Of a DNA stretch of 64,000 nt, positions 36,584-46,949 are shown piece by piece. Origin of the DNA: Myxococcales bacterium (GTDB lineage: Bacteria > Myxococcota_A > Polyangia > Polyangiales > DASUME01); the NCBI GenBank assembly GCA_047601445.1, contig JASGJH010000001.1:4480001-4544000 (forward strand). The letters run 5' to 3'. Within the stretch, counting starts at the first letter, position 1. Each line of letters begins with the position of its first letter. A program made the position numbers and the translations under genes. The notes under the pieces are model-generated. The model was not told where the DNA came from and did not search any database. It worked only from the letters and a program-made list of their open reading frames with translations.

Positions 36584-37750
36584 TCAGAGACAGTCGTACG
36601 GATCCTGCTGCCCGCATCGCTCCATGATGCAGGCCTTGCACGCCGGGCCAGGGTCCCCGCCGTCACAGAAGTTGTTCAGCATACCGCAGGTTTCTTTGCA
36701 GCCGTTGTCGACCATGCCCTGCTCGCACGCACACCGCTGGCAAACGTGGCAGCTCGTCTCGTCGAACTTGCAATCGGCACCACAGGTGAGCGTACCTTGC
36801 CCCTGGCCGCGCTCCTCGCAGGTGGTCGAGAGACCGAAGTTCTTTCCATCGCATTCCTCTCCGAACCCGATGATGCCATCCCCGCACACCGCTTTGGGCT
36901 CACCGCCGGGAAGAGCGAGGACACACCCCGCGAGCTGCCCGCAGACCGCGGGGGCCAGCGTGTTGCAGGCGGCGACCGTGCCTTCGCAGGTCGTGAACTT
37001 CAGGCTGCAGCCCTCGATGCAGTAATCGTGGTCTCGCGTCGAGCACGCACTTGGCACGCCCGTGCAGCGCCCGGTTGCGTCGGAGAAGTCGCAACCGAAC
37101 AGCGCACAGGTTTGCGCGTCGAGGCCCGACGCGATGTCCGCGCAAGGCGTGGGAGTGCCGTTGCAGCCGGCATGGGGGACCACCGTGCAACCCATGGCCA
37201 TATCCGCTTCATAGCCCGGACAGCGAGGTTTCTCGTCGAACAGGTACTCGCTGCAGGGCTTCGCCGTTCCGCCGCACGACGGGATGCCGTGCTCGGTGTT
37301 CTCGCAGTACCCGTCCTTCACGCACTTGGTGTTGCTCGGGCAGTCCGCGTCCTTGCTGCACTTGGCCTCGCAGATCGAAGCAGTCGGGTGGCACCGCGCG
37401 TTTTCGCCGAACGGCTTGCAGTCGGCATCGGAGCCGCAGAACAACGTACACTGGTGGACCCCGACGTATTGAGTCTCGCCGGTGTCGCCGTTGCACTTCA
37501 GCGGTTCCATGCAATCGGCCTGTCGCTCGCAGTACGAGCCGAGCTGCCGGCTGGGAGCGCGGACCTGGCCACCGTCGGCATCGCCATCGCCCACCGAATC
37601 CCCGTCGCCGACCGCACCGCCGTCGCCGACCGAATCCCCGTCGCCGCCGCCCGCATCCCCCTTGGGCGAGCCTTTGCCGGAGCCACCGCCATCACCACAA
37701 CCGAGCGCCACGACGAGTGCACCCAACCCGAACCAACTCTTCATCGACAT
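36584..37750 (-). CDS. Cys-rich lipoprotein with Gly-Asp linker
   Basis: Lipobox ALGC, GDGD repeats, dozens of Cys including CGDG....EECDG. Confidence 0.8.
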   Translation of the reverse strand: MSMKSWFGLGALVVALGCGDGGGSGKGSPKGDAGGGDGDSVGDGGAVGDGDSVGDGDADGGQVRAPSRQLGSYCERQADCMEPLKCNGDTGETQYVGVHQCTLFCGSDADCKPFGENARCHPTASICEAKCSKDADCPSNTKCVKDGYCENTEHGIPSCGGTAKPCSEYLFDEKPRCPGYEADMAMGCTVVPHAGCNGTPTPCADIASGLDAQTCALFGCDFSDATGRCTGVPSACSTRDHDYCIEGCSLKFTTCEGTVAACNTLAPAVCGQLAGCVLALPGGEPKAVCGDGIIGFGEECDGKNFGLSTTCEERGQGQGTLTCGADCKFDETSCHVCQRCACEQGMVDNGCKETCGMLNNFCDGGDPGPACKACIMERCGQQDPYDCL

Positions 37751-37985
37751 CAGACCGTACTCCTCGCGAAGCTCGAGATATAAACGGAGCCTCGGAACCC
37801 GGATTCGCCGGCCCTTACCAAACCGAGATCGGTGTGCGGCCAGGCAACTCGCGACTATAGGAATTCGCGAAAGGGGCGCTATCCACTTTGCGAAGTCACG
37901 TGGGCCGTGTCGCACAATTACGAGGCGATGAGCTCGTTGTGAGCGTTGTTCGCCAGCGTCCGGAGCAAGGCCGTCTAGGACTCGT

Positions 37986-39299
37986 TCAAAGCTCGGTGCT
38001 GAGTCCGCCTGCGCGCATGGGCTGAGGACCGGCATCTGGGACGCGCTCGAGCGGGGCTTGCTCGCGGTAGGGGTCGAAGCGCGCGCTCGCTCCGCCGCGT
38101 GCGTTGAGGCGTGCCAAGTCCGCCGGTCGGAAGCCGCACTCGGACACGAGTGGGCACTGTTCGCGCAGGAAGGCTTCGATGTTGGCGCGCCCCAGTTCCC
38201 CGATCTCGTCGTCGGCGCAGGCTGCCCACACTGCGTACACCGCGTCGTGCTTGCGCTCGCGTTCGCTGTGCTCAGCGAGGGCGCGCCGCAAGAGCTTCTC
38301 GATGCGTCCGTCCGAGGCCTCCATGTCGGCGCGCCGCTTGCGCTCGATCAAGAGGTCGCGCAACGCGCGCGTGGCCTTGAGGAACTTGTTGCGCTCGTGC
38401 ACGGCGGGGTCGTCGCCTTCGATCCTCGACATCAGCTTGTTGAAGGCCAGCGCGGGCACCGCGGAGCCCGGCATGCCACCCGCTGCCACGGACTGCATCA
38501 CCGAGAGGCTCACACCGTCCTTCTGGCGATACTCCACCTGACCACTCGCGAGGATGGCTGCATCGAAGGAGGCGCCGCGATACACGTAGCGGGCGTGCGC
38601 GAGCGGCTTTCCAATCACCGACCAGGGGCGCAGGGCAAAGGTGACCAGGTCCCTGGCGCCGTTGTCGAGTCCCTCGCGGCCGCGCTGGAACGACACGCGC
38701 GTGAGCTCGGGGATGGACGATGCTAGCTCGAACTCTAGCTTGCGCTCGGCCTCGCGCGCTTGGTCCGTCGGCCTCTCGCGTGCGACCGGCAATGCGCTCA
38801 TGTCCACCAGCGTTCGCGCAGCCGCCGAGGGACTGAGATCCAACCCGACGGACCCGCGCACGCCTTGACCACGGCTGGACGCAGGGGCCGATGCTGCGGA
38901 ATCACTCGGAGTCGCGCGCTCGGCCGCGGGTTCGGCGGGGGCTGCAGTCGGAAGCTCCGAGCTGGCGAGGTTGGGCGCGCTCTCGGGGGCTTGGGCAGGT
39001 GCTTGCGTGGGCTGTCTATCCCGGGGCGCCTGAGTACCACGGGCGGGAGCGGGCACGCCAGGGTTGGGGTGATTTCGAGTTGGTTTAGGTGAGCCGAGCT
39101 CGAGTGCCGACGACGCGGGCGACGACTCACTAGGGGCACTCGCGGCCACCGGCACGGGAGCGAGATACCGGACCTCCAGATCCATCACAGGTGGCAGCGG
39201 ACCAGGTTCAACGCCCGGGGAATCCGGCAAAACCGCAAAGACCAGCGCGTGCAGCGCGGCCGAAGCGACCACCCCGAAGACGTGCCTTGCGTGACGCAC
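37986..39299 (-). CDS. Hypothetical protein with N-terminal TM anchor and Pro/Ala-rich linker
   Basis: SAALHALVF anchor (TonB-like S...H motif) followed by a Pro-rich region. Confidence 0.65.
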   Translation of the reverse strand: MRHARHVFGVVASAALHALVFAVLPDSPGVEPGPLPPVMDLEVRYLAPVPVAASAPSESSPASSALELGSPKPTRNHPNPGVPAPARGTQAPRDRQPTQAPAQAPESAPNLASSELPTAAPAEPAAERATPSDSAASAPASSRGQGVRGSVGLDLSPSAAARTLVDMSALPVARERPTDQAREAERKLEFELASSIPELTRVSFQRGREGLDNGARDLVTFALRPWSVIGKPLAHARYVYRGASFDAAILASGQVEYRQKDGVSLSVMQSVAAGGMPGSAVPALAFNKLMSRIEGDDPAVHERNKFLKATRALRDLLIERKRRADMEASDGRIEKLLRRALAEHSERERKHDAVYAVWAACADDEIGELGRANIEAFLREQCPLVSECGFRPADLARLNARGGASARFDPYREQAPLERVPDAGPQPMRAGGLSTEL

Positions 39300-39431
39300 C
39301 GAGCTCCAACAGCGGTCACCACCATTTGATTGCAGTGCCCCGTCTTTTTGCCCATCAGGGAATGCCTTTGGGACCGATGCCTCGGCGTGACCGTCCCCAT
39401 TGGGGAGGTCGCTAGCGAACGTCGTGAAGCC

Positions 39432-40550
39432 TCAGGTGAGCGCCTTGAGCAGCTCAATCACGAGCTCCGGCACGCGCCGTTCGATCAGCAAGAGCGGCAC
39501 CATCGGTACGACACAGCCGATGAGGAGCGTCAACATCGCCTTGGCCGACCAAAGAACGACCCTCATCTGCCCGACGCGCTCGTAGTCGCTCCCGAGGTCC
39601 GCCAGAACCGAGATCTGCGGTGCGTCGAGGGTCGCCGCTGGCGGATGCTCCGCCGTCCACGCCTCGAAGGCCTGGCCAAAGCGGTGCACGTACGCGCCGT
39701 AGTAGATCAGACCATCGCGGCGCGTGCGGCAGAGCTGACCGCTGAAGAACCACAAGGGGCCCATGCTCAGCAGCAGCGTCGCGAGGACGAAGGTCATCGC
39801 CGCCGGTTGGAAAAGCTCCAAGGGCGCGTGCTGGTAGATCACGTTGTTGGCCCAACTGCCGGCGATGGCCGCGCTCGCTCCCGCCGCAACCAGAGAGAAT
39901 GCGTTGGCGGGCCCGAGCAGCACGCCGAGCCCACCCATGCGATCCGGATGGGTGGCCACGAGCTGAAGATCGAGACGCGAAACGCGCGCGAGAAAGATGG
40001 TGTACAGGGTCCAGCTCCAGGTCCAGCGCAGCAGCACGAAGCGAAACAGCACCAGCATGACCGCCGTGCCGAGCCCACTGATCGGCATCGTCGAACCGGG
40101 AATCGGGTTCACATGAATGGAGGAAGACCCCACGGCCAGGGCGAACATCACGAGCTCTGCCAGGTTGGAGTCGCGCAGCCGGGCCATGCCGTCGGTGATC
40201 GCCCGAAAGCGCGCCTGGGCCTCGCTCGGTACCACACCCGCCTGGGTGAGATAGGCGGTGGCGGCGCGTCCGTGTACGTCGACCACATGCTCTGCCAGCA
40301 GAAAAAGCGGCAGCGAGATCAGCGTACGCACGTGCGTGTCGATGGCCTGGACGCGCGGATCCCACACACCCGCGCGCAGGCGATCGAGCACCACGGCGAG
40401 CGCGAAGGGAACATAGGCGATCACGGTGTAAGCGATCGCTCTCCTCACCGCGCTCTTCATTGCGCCTGGGCCCATGCCGAGTCGCTCTTCCGTCGCCTCG
40501 ATCCGGCTGGCTGGCGTGATGTGATAGGCCGGCACCCATTCGGTCCTCAT
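39432..40550 (-). CDS. Hypothetical integral membrane protein
   Basis: Multiple TM helices; HPDRMGGLG and SVLADL motifs. Start uncertain (ORF open to 40754). Confidence 0.75.
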   Translation of the reverse strand: MRTEWVPAYHITPASRIEATEERLGMGPGAMKSAVRRAIAYTVIAYVPFALAVVLDRLRAGVWDPRVQAIDTHVRTLISLPLFLLAEHVVDVHGRAATAYLTQAGVVPSEAQARFRAITDGMARLRDSNLAELVMFALAVGSSSIHVNPIPGSTMPISGLGTAVMLVLFRFVLLRWTWSWTLYTIFLARVSRLDLQLVATHPDRMGGLGVLLGPANAFSLVAAGASAAIAGSWANNVIYQHAPLELFQPAAMTFVLATLLLSMGPLWFFSGQLCRTRRDGLIYYGAYVHRFGQAFEAWTAEHPPAATLDAPQISVLADLGSDYERVGQMRVVLWSAKAMLTLLIGCVVPMVPLLLIERRVPELVIELLKALT

Positions 40551-40851
40551 TGGCGGCTCCGTTCGCGGCGGCTGAGGACGGGCCCGCGCAGATCCGCGCA
40601 CAGAGCCACGCACGCGAGCGAACGCGGCACGCCAAAGCGAGTGTCGCATGGGTGGATCTTGGCGAATGACATGCGCGCGCTTGACACGGATTCGAAGTAC
40701 GCACGCCGTGGGATGCAGACAGTGCGCAGGCGCGAGCTGCGCGTCGCAGCCCACCCGTTAGACGGTCCACACGGCAGGGTTGGGGTGATCTCGAATTGGA
40801 AAACGCCGATTTGACCATGCAACGCGGGATGTGCGAAGACTCCAACCTCCA

Positions 40852-41310
40852 ATGCGCAATCATCGCAGCCCTCTTTGTGCCCTCTCACTCCTGACCTTCG
40901 TCGTAGCTCTACCTGCGTGTGGTGACGACGACAGCAACAAGTCGTCGGGAGACGCGGGCCCGGCGCCAGACGCTGCCAGCGAGCAGGACGCCCAGACGCC
41001 CGCCATCACCTATCCAAACGGCCCAACGTTTCAGTGCAGCGGCGACTTGTGCCCCAAGGGAGAGTGCCGCCCTAAAAAGTACGCCAGTGGCGACGACGTG
41101 GCTTGCGAAGACGTCTACCCCAAGACCATCGACAAGACCTTCGAGTACTGTCCCGCCGCGGCGGTGGGCATGTATTGCATCTCGACCAGCACCGGCGACT
41201 CGCAGGCCTACGTGGTCACCTGCGATCACGGCGTGAAGGCCATCGAGCATTGCGCGGACAACTGCTTCGGTACGGTCGAGGACGGCAAGGACAAGTGGTC
41301 GTGCCCGTGA
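40852..41310 (+). CDS. Small Cys-rich lipoprotein
   Basis: Lipobox LPAC followed by GDDD; multiple Cys. Confidence 0.75.
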   Translation: MRNHRSPLCALSLLTFVVALPACGDDDSNKSSGDAGPAPDAASEQDAQTPAITYPNGPTFQCSGDLCPKGECRPKKYASGDDVACEDVYPKTIDKTFEYCPAAAVGMYCISTSTGDSQAYVVTCDHGVKAIEHCADNCFGTVEDGKDKWSCP

Positions 41311-41326
41311 GCGCTTCCGCGCTCAC

Positions 41327-42727
41327 CTAGATGCGCGCCTCGTCAGCGAGCATACGCGGAGGCACGGAGGTCGGGCGCCGCGGTCCCTGGTTGAGTGGAG
41401 GAATCTCGAGCTTGCCGCCCGGGCCTCCTCCGCACATCTCGTGGATCGCCTTTCCGTACGGATCGAGCTGACCGTCTGCGCCCGGCAAACCGACCAGCGA
41501 GACACCGAAGGGCAGTCCATCCCGACGGAAGCCCGCTGGCACCGCGAGCACGGGGCTGCCCAGGAAGTTCACGAAGCGCGAGTAGATGCCGAGCTTGTCG
41601 TTCACGGACACGGGGTCGCGCTGGTCGTCCTCCACACGAAAGTGAGTCGGCACGGTGGGCGTGACCATCAGGTGCACGCCGCGCAGAACCTCGGTGCAGA
41701 TAGCGACCAGATCCTGGGTCTGTTTGAAGGCGCGGAAGGCATCGGTGGCCGTGTAGCGCCGGGCCCCTAGAATGATCTTGCGGGTCACAGGCAAACCGGC
41801 TGCCGGAGTGGACTCGAGAAACTCACCCACCGACAGATAGCGCTCGACGACCCATGGGCCGTACAACATGTCCCCGAGCGCAGCGAATGGCCCCCACTCC
41901 ACGGGCACTCGAATGCCTCCCAGGTGCTGGAGTTGGCGCACGGCCGACTCGAATAACCGCTCGCTCTCCGTGTCCCCGCAGAACTCGAGCTTGGAGGGCA
42001 CGGCGAAGCGAAAGCCGCGCGGCAAGGTGGACGGTGGCGTGCGCTGTCCCGTGATCACGTCGCGCACGCGCGCGCCGTCGTGCACGCTGGTGGCGAGCAC
42101 CGAGACGCAGTCGAGGGAAGTACAGGCGGGGACCACGCCCTCGTTGGAGAACAGCCCGCGCGAAGGCTTCACGCCGACCACGTTGTTGAGCGCAGCGGGG
42201 ATGCGGCCGGAGCCGGCCGTGTCGGTGCCGAGGGCGAACGTGACCTGGCGCTTGGCGACCGCAACGGCCGAACCCGAGCTCGATCCTCCGGAGAGGTAGC
42301 GCTCATCGAACACATTGCGACACTTGCCGAAGGGCGAGCGGGTGCCCACGAGCCCGGTGGCGAATTGGTCCAGATTGGCCTTGCCGATGCAGATGGCGCC
42401 GGCTTGTTGCAGCGAGCGCACCACGGCCGCGGAGCGCGTGGGCATGTAGGCGAAGTCGGGGCAGCCTGCGGTGGTGGGCATGCCCGCGACGTCGATGTTG
42501 TCTTTGACGGCGAACGGAATGCCGTACAGCGAGAGATGCCGACGCCCTTCGATGGCACCGAGGTCCGCGGCGCGCTGCCGCGCTTCTTCGCGCGAGAGCC
42601 GGTGGATCCATACGGGGTGCAGCGGGTGCTGCTCGAGCTCGTCGTAGAGCTGGTCGATCATGACCTCGGGCGTGAGGACATGGGTCTCGTAGGCGGCCCG
42701 CAGACTGGCGATGTCGAGATCGATCAC
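41327..42727 (-). CDS. atzF: Allophanate hydrolase (amidase-signature domain only)
   Basis: FAVKDNIDVAG.PTTAGCP.F, GKANLDQFATGLVGTRSP, GGSSSGSAVAVA, LGTDTAGSGRIPA. Confidence 0.88.
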   Translation of the reverse strand: MIDLDIASLRAAYETHVLTPEVMIDQLYDELEQHPLHPVWIHRLSREEARQRAADLGAIEGRRHLSLYGIPFAVKDNIDVAGMPTTAGCPDFAYMPTRSAAVVRSLQQAGAICIGKANLDQFATGLVGTRSPFGKCRNVFDERYLSGGSSSGSAVAVAKRQVTFALGTDTAGSGRIPAALNNVVGVKPSRGLFSNEGVVPACTSLDCVSVLATSVHDGARVRDVITGQRTPPSTLPRGFRFAVPSKLEFCGDTESERLFESAVRQLQHLGGIRVPVEWGPFAALGDMLYGPWVVERYLSVGEFLESTPAAGLPVTRKIILGARRYTATDAFRAFKQTQDLVAICTEVLRGVHLMVTPTVPTHFRVEDDQRDPVSVNDKLGIYSRFVNFLGSPVLAVPAGFRRDGLPFGVSLVGLPGADGQLDPYGKAIHEMCGGGPGGKLEIPPLNQGPRRPTSVPPRMLADEARI

Positions 42728-42729
42728 GG

Positions 42730-43809
42730 CTACTCCTCCTCGCGTCGACGGGCCATCAGCCCCGCCACCTCGTTGACCAGACTTCCGTCCAGATACTGTT
42801 GATAGGGCATGGGGCGCTTGTACACGTCGTTGCGCAGCTGAAAGTCGTCCACCACCTTGCTCGAATGCACCACGCTAGTGAGCGAAGCGCCCGCTCTGAA
42901 GTGCTCGATGTTTCCCGACATATCCAGGAAGAAGGTGCCCTTCATGAGCTGCTGGTACTTCTCGGCGCTCAACCCCACGCGTGCGCCCATGATGGCGCTC
43001 GCTTCGGCGAGGTTCTCGGGCTTGCTCAGGTAGTCGGCGATGCGAAACCAGACCTTCACCACCTTCTTCCACTCGGGGCGTCGCGTGGCCAGACTATCGG
43101 GATTCACCGCCAGCACGTCGTAGATCAAGCCGGGTGCGTCGGCGCTCGTGAAGACCGCCTTGGAGCCCGCCACCTCACTCAGCGCTTGTCCGCTGTTCGG
43201 CTGCCACGCCACGATGGCGTCCACCTGTCCAGACTTGAGCAACTGTGGCGTCTGATCGGTGGGCACGTTGACGAGCGTCACGTCCTTGTCCGTCAAGCCC
43301 GCTTGCTGCAGCGCTTGAATCAAGAGCAGATGGCTCACGAAGCCGATCTCCACACCCACTTTCTTGCCCTTGAGCGACTTCACGTCGGCGACGCTGCTCT
43401 TCGCCACCACCATGTCGTTACCGTTGCTGTAATCGTTGAGCAGGATGGCCACGCTGGGTGCGCCCGAACTGCCCGTGACGAGCGCATCGCCGTTGGTCAT
43501 GGTGACGGCGTCGACTTTGTGCGCAGAGAACGCCTCCATCGAAGGCACGTACTCGAACCACTTGAAGTCGACCTTGACCCCTTCTTCATCGAACCACTTC
43601 TTCTGAATGGCGATCTCCCAGGCCACCCAGCCCGGCCAATCACTGTATGCAATCGTCAGAGGCTCTTTCACCGCTGGAGCGCTCGCCGGCGCCGACTCAG
43701 CCTTGGATGACTCGGACGATTCCGCGGTTTTCTCCGGGGTTTTCTCCACTTTTGACCCGGAACAAGCAGCCAACACGAAGAACGAAAACGCGATTAGATT
43801 GCCACGCAT
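42730..43809 (-). CDS. ABC transporter substrate-binding lipoprotein (NMT1/SsuA-like, urea-carboxylase-associated type)
   Basis: Lipobox [30 protein letters not shown]. Confidence 0.85.
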   Translation of the reverse strand: MRGNLIAFSFFVLAACSGSKVEKTPEKTAESSESSKAESAPASAPAVKEPLTIAYSDWPGWVAWEIAIQKKWFDEEGVKVDFKWFEYVPSMEAFSAHKVDAVTMTNGDALVTGSSGAPSVAILLNDYSNGNDMVVAKSSVADVKSLKGKKVGVEIGFVSHLLLIQALQQAGLTDKDVTLVNVPTDQTPQLLKSGQVDAIVAWQPNSGQALSEVAGSKAVFTSADAPGLIYDVLAVNPDSLATRRPEWKKVVKVWFRIADYLSKPENLAEASAIMGARVGLSAEKYQQLMKGTFFLDMSGNIEHFRAGASLTSVVHSSKVVDDFQLRNDVYKRPMPYQQYLDGSLVNEVAGLMARRREEE

Positions 43810-43973
43810 ACAGAGACTCCTTTCTCTGAACACTTTCGAAACCAACTCAGATTACGTGTCGATGTCAGAGCGCTTTTGATCGGAAGACCGCAATGCAAGT
43901 TCGGCGTTTCTCGCTCGATTTGTTGCGGATCTGAAAAAGCGCACTGCAGTGCTTCTGCTAGCCTGAGTGTTCG

Positions 43974-44699
43974 ATGACCTCTCAAGCTGTGACCGAGAAA
44001 CGCCGTGTCGGTCGGCCGCGCAAGCGCCTCACCACGACCGTCACGGGGGAACCGAGAGAAGAGATCCTCACCGTGGCCGCCGACCTCTTCGCCGAGCGCG
44101 GCATCGCGGAGGTCTCCATGATGGAGATCGCGGAGGTGGTGGGCCTCGGGCAATCGTCCCTCTACTACTGGTTCAAGCGCAAGGAGTTGATCCTCGCCGA
44201 ACTGCTCCAACAGGTGAACCGACTGCCCCTGGCCTTCGCCAAGCAGCTCGCGTCGCACCACGAGGGCGCCGACCTTCAACTCTACCGCTTGATTCGCTTC
44301 GACGTTCATACGGTGTGCACGTTCCCTCTGGAGATCACGGAGATTCATCGCTTCAGCCATCGTGACCCTGCTGCCTTCGAGACCTACTGGCTGGAGCGTG
44401 CCGAGCTGATTCATGCGGTGGAGAAGCTGGTGGAGCGCGGCGTGAGCGAAGGAGCTTTCTCGAATGTCGATGCCTATCTCACGGCGGTCATGATCATCGC
44501 GCAGGACGAGAGCGTGCAGAACTGGTACCCGCGTCCGATGCAGCCCGCGCTCTCGGTTCATCCGAAGATCGATCGGGCAAGAAGCTATGAGCCCAACGCC
44601 ATCGCAGAGTTCGTCGCCACCAGGACCATCGCCGGTCTGTTGGCCAAGTCGTCGCGGCTCGAAACCCTGAGAAAGCAGGCCCAGAAGGAGTCGCGCTGA
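43974..44699 (+). CDS. TetR/AcrR family regulator
   Basis: GRPRK, REEIL..A.DLF.ERG...VSM.EIA..VGL.QSSLYYWF..KE.IL. Confidence 0.92.
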   Translation: MTSQAVTEKRRVGRPRKRLTTTVTGEPREEILTVAADLFAERGIAEVSMMEIAEVVGLGQSSLYYWFKRKELILAELLQQVNRLPLAFAKQLASHHEGADLQLYRLIRFDVHTVCTFPLEITEIHRFSHRDPAAFETYWLERAELIHAVEKLVERGVSEGAFSNVDAYLTAVMIIAQDESVQNWYPRPMQPALSVHPKIDRARSYEPNAIAEFVATRTIAGLLAKSSRLETLRKQAQKESR

Positions 44700-44755
44700 C
44701 TTCGGCTGGGCACGAGGAAGAGGAACAGAGAGCGTCGAAAAATCCGTGCGAATCA

Positions 44756-44790
44756 AGGGCTGGAGCTCCCGCAGGAGCCCCAGCCCTCTT
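44756..44790. terminator. Hairpin between convergent genes, probable terminator
   Basis: AGGGCTGG-A-GCTCC-CGCA-GGAGC-C-CCAGCCCT. Confidence 0.65.
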
Positions 44791-44801
44791 GCTTGCGTAG
44801 G

Positions 44802-46922
44802 TTACTTCTGCGCGCGGGCGCGGCGGCGCAGCTGACGGCTGCGGAACATCATCGCCAGGCCTGCGATCAGACCCGCCATGAGGTTGCCGTGTCCGGGCAG
44901 ACCGGGGCTCGACACACTGCAGTCGTCGGACGAATCATCGTCGTCGGGTGCACCGGCGTCCGGAACGTCGCAGCTGATCCCGCCGTCGGCCGTGGGCGCG
45001 GGCGCATCGCCATCGCCGTCACCAGGAGCCGGCGCGTCGCCATCGCCGTCGCCAGGAGCCGGCGCGTCGCCGTCGCCATCGCCGCCAGACATGCCGGCGT
45101 CGGGCGTGCCGGCGTCGGGCTCGGGCGTGACGATGGTGCCGACCAGGAGCTCGATGTCCTTGGTGGTGGTGAGGTTCGCGTGGTCCGTGATCTCGAGCTT
45201 GATCTTCAGCGTGGTGCCGTTGGGCTGGGCCGGAATCACCGCGCGGAATAGATCGCCGCCGACGAAGGTGGCGGGCAGGGTCTCGCTGGTGCTGCCGGTG
45301 TCGTAGGTGAAGACGGCCGACTTGATCATCTGGCCGGTCTCGGAAGTGACACGGTCGCGCACACCGAAGCGGATCACGGTGGGCTCGCCCGGCACTGCCA
45401 CCACCTCTTCCACCTTGCGGAAGGCGGGCGGCGTGACGTCGGGCTTGGAATTGTCGGAGCCGAGGTAGATGCGATCCATCCACGACTTTCCGCCCTCGCC
45501 CTGACCCGTCACGATGTCGAGCAGTCCGTCGCCGTCCAGGTCCGCGATGTCGACGCCGAGCGTGGCGTCGTCCTCGATCGCGCCGCCGAGCGTGAGGCTC
45601 GGCAGGGCGCCGCTGACGTAGGTCCACTTGCCGGTGCCGTCGTTGATCAGCACCTTCTCGCCGGGAACGGTCAGCGAGGCCACGAAGAGGTCGTAGTAGC
45701 CGTCGCCGTCGAAGTCGGCGCACTTGACGGCATTGTCGTCGCCACCGGGTTCACCGAAGAGACGGGTCGCGGATTCATCGGCAAAATGGCCGGTTCCGTC
45801 GTTGACCAGGACCTGGCTGAAGTTGCCCTCGCCACCGGCAGGCTTGGGGCCCGCGTTGTCGAGGAACATGTCGAGGTCGCCGTCGAGGTCGAAGTCGCAC
45901 AACTCCTGGTTGTAGACGTAGGGCCCGAGCTTGTAAGGATAGTTGAGCGTCTCGTTGGCCCCCGTGTGATCGTCGAAGTGCGCCGTGCCGTCATTCACGA
46001 ACAGGCGGCTCTGGCCGTTGCGGTGGTTGACGATGATGTCGAGGTCGAAGTCCCCGTCGATGTCCGCCATGTCGATGTCGATGGGTGTGCGTCCCCAGCC
46101 GTGATCGTTGGGGTCGGCCTTGCCGTTGGAGCCCAGGTTCTGGATCGAGCGCATGGGCGGCGGAATCACGTTGGTGGGCTGTTGAGCGAAGCCACCCGCG
46201 CCGTCGTTGAGATAGACCCAGGTATTGCCGGGCTGCGCGCCGCGGGTCAGCGGGGGCACGCCCCAGTCGGCCACGATCAGATCGAGATCGCCGTCGCCAT
46301 CCAGGTCGCCCAGGTGCGAAGAACCCGCCAGCGACTTGAGCTTGCCCGGCAAGAGCAGGTCCGCCTTGTTCACGAAGCTGCCGTCGTCTTGCTGAATCCA
46401 GAGCTTGTCCAGATCCGCGCCATAGCCGCCGGGCTGGTAGATGTCCGGCAAGCCATCACCCGTCACGTCGCCGACCGAGAGCTGGCGCAGGCGCGAGGAA
46501 GCCCCGCCGAACTTGCTGGTGGTGACGTTCTGGAATGCACCGGTGCCGTCGTTGAGGAATACCGTGGATTCCTCCGCGTAGCCCAGGGAGTAATAGCGAC
46601 CGCCGTTCGCGAACAAGATGTCCGGGTCCGCGTCGTTGTCGATGTCGGTGACCACCAACCAGCTCGTGTAGCAGCCGGGGCCAGGCCAATCCTCGGGGTC
46701 CTCTCCGGCGGGGATCACCGGGCACTGAAGTCCGTTCTCCACCGTCGAAGGGAAGTTGGTCGTCGTCTTGTCTGTGAAGTACGGGGTGGCCTCGGGCGGA
46801 TCCTCCGCAGACGCGACACCCGGCAAGCTGCATAGCGCGCTGATCAACAGGGAGCTGGGTCGCCCGAGCCGACTGGCCAGCAGTCTCGCATTCGTCTTTC
46901 TCGTTCTTACTACTTTCGTCAT
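44802..46922 (-). CDS. FG-GAP/VCBS repeat surface protein with MYXO-CTERM-like tail
   Basis: Repeated D.DGDGDLD and F.NDG.G.F; C-terminal CSVS...hydrophobic...RRR. Confidence 0.88.
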   Translation of the reverse strand: MTKVVRTRKTNARLLASRLGRPSSLLISALCSLPGVASAEDPPEATPYFTDKTTTNFPSTVENGLQCPVIPAGEDPEDWPGPGCYTSWLVVTDIDNDADPDILFANGGRYYSLGYAEESTVFLNDGTGAFQNVTTSKFGGASSRLRQLSVGDVTGDGLPDIYQPGGYGADLDKLWIQQDDGSFVNKADLLLPGKLKSLAGSSHLGDLDGDGDLDLIVADWGVPPLTRGAQPGNTWVYLNDGAGGFAQQPTNVIPPPMRSIQNLGSNGKADPNDHGWGRTPIDIDMADIDGDFDLDIIVNHRNGQSRLFVNDGTAHFDDHTGANETLNYPYKLGPYVYNQELCDFDLDGDLDMFLDNAGPKPAGGEGNFSQVLVNDGTGHFADESATRLFGEPGGDDNAVKCADFDGDGYYDLFVASLTVPGEKVLINDGTGKWTYVSGALPSLTLGGAIEDDATLGVDIADLDGDGLLDIVTGQGEGGKSWMDRIYLGSDNSKPDVTPPAFRKVEEVVAVPGEPTVIRFGVRDRVTSETGQMIKSAVFTYDTGSTSETLPATFVGGDLFRAVIPAQPNGTTLKIKLEITDHANLTTTKDIELLVGTIVTPEPDAGTPDAGMSGGDGDGDAPAPGDGDGDAPAPGDGDGDAPAPTADGGISCDVPDAGAPDDDDSSDDCSVSSPGLPGHGNLMAGLIAGLAMMFRSRQLRRRARAQK
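44996..45085 (-). repeat. 30-bp coding tandem repeat (GDGDGDAPAP x3)
   Basis: GGCGCGTCGCCATCGCCGTCGCCAGGAGCC-type unit repeated with few substitutions. Confidence 0.8.
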
Positions 46923-46949
46923 GGGCAGGGTCCTTGTCTGGCGTGGGGG

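Noticed and set aside
43810..43973. Guanidine riboswitch upstream of the binding protein
   Set aside because: No recognisable ykkC or mini-ykkC (ACGR hairpin pair) motif; a divergent TetR explains regulation.
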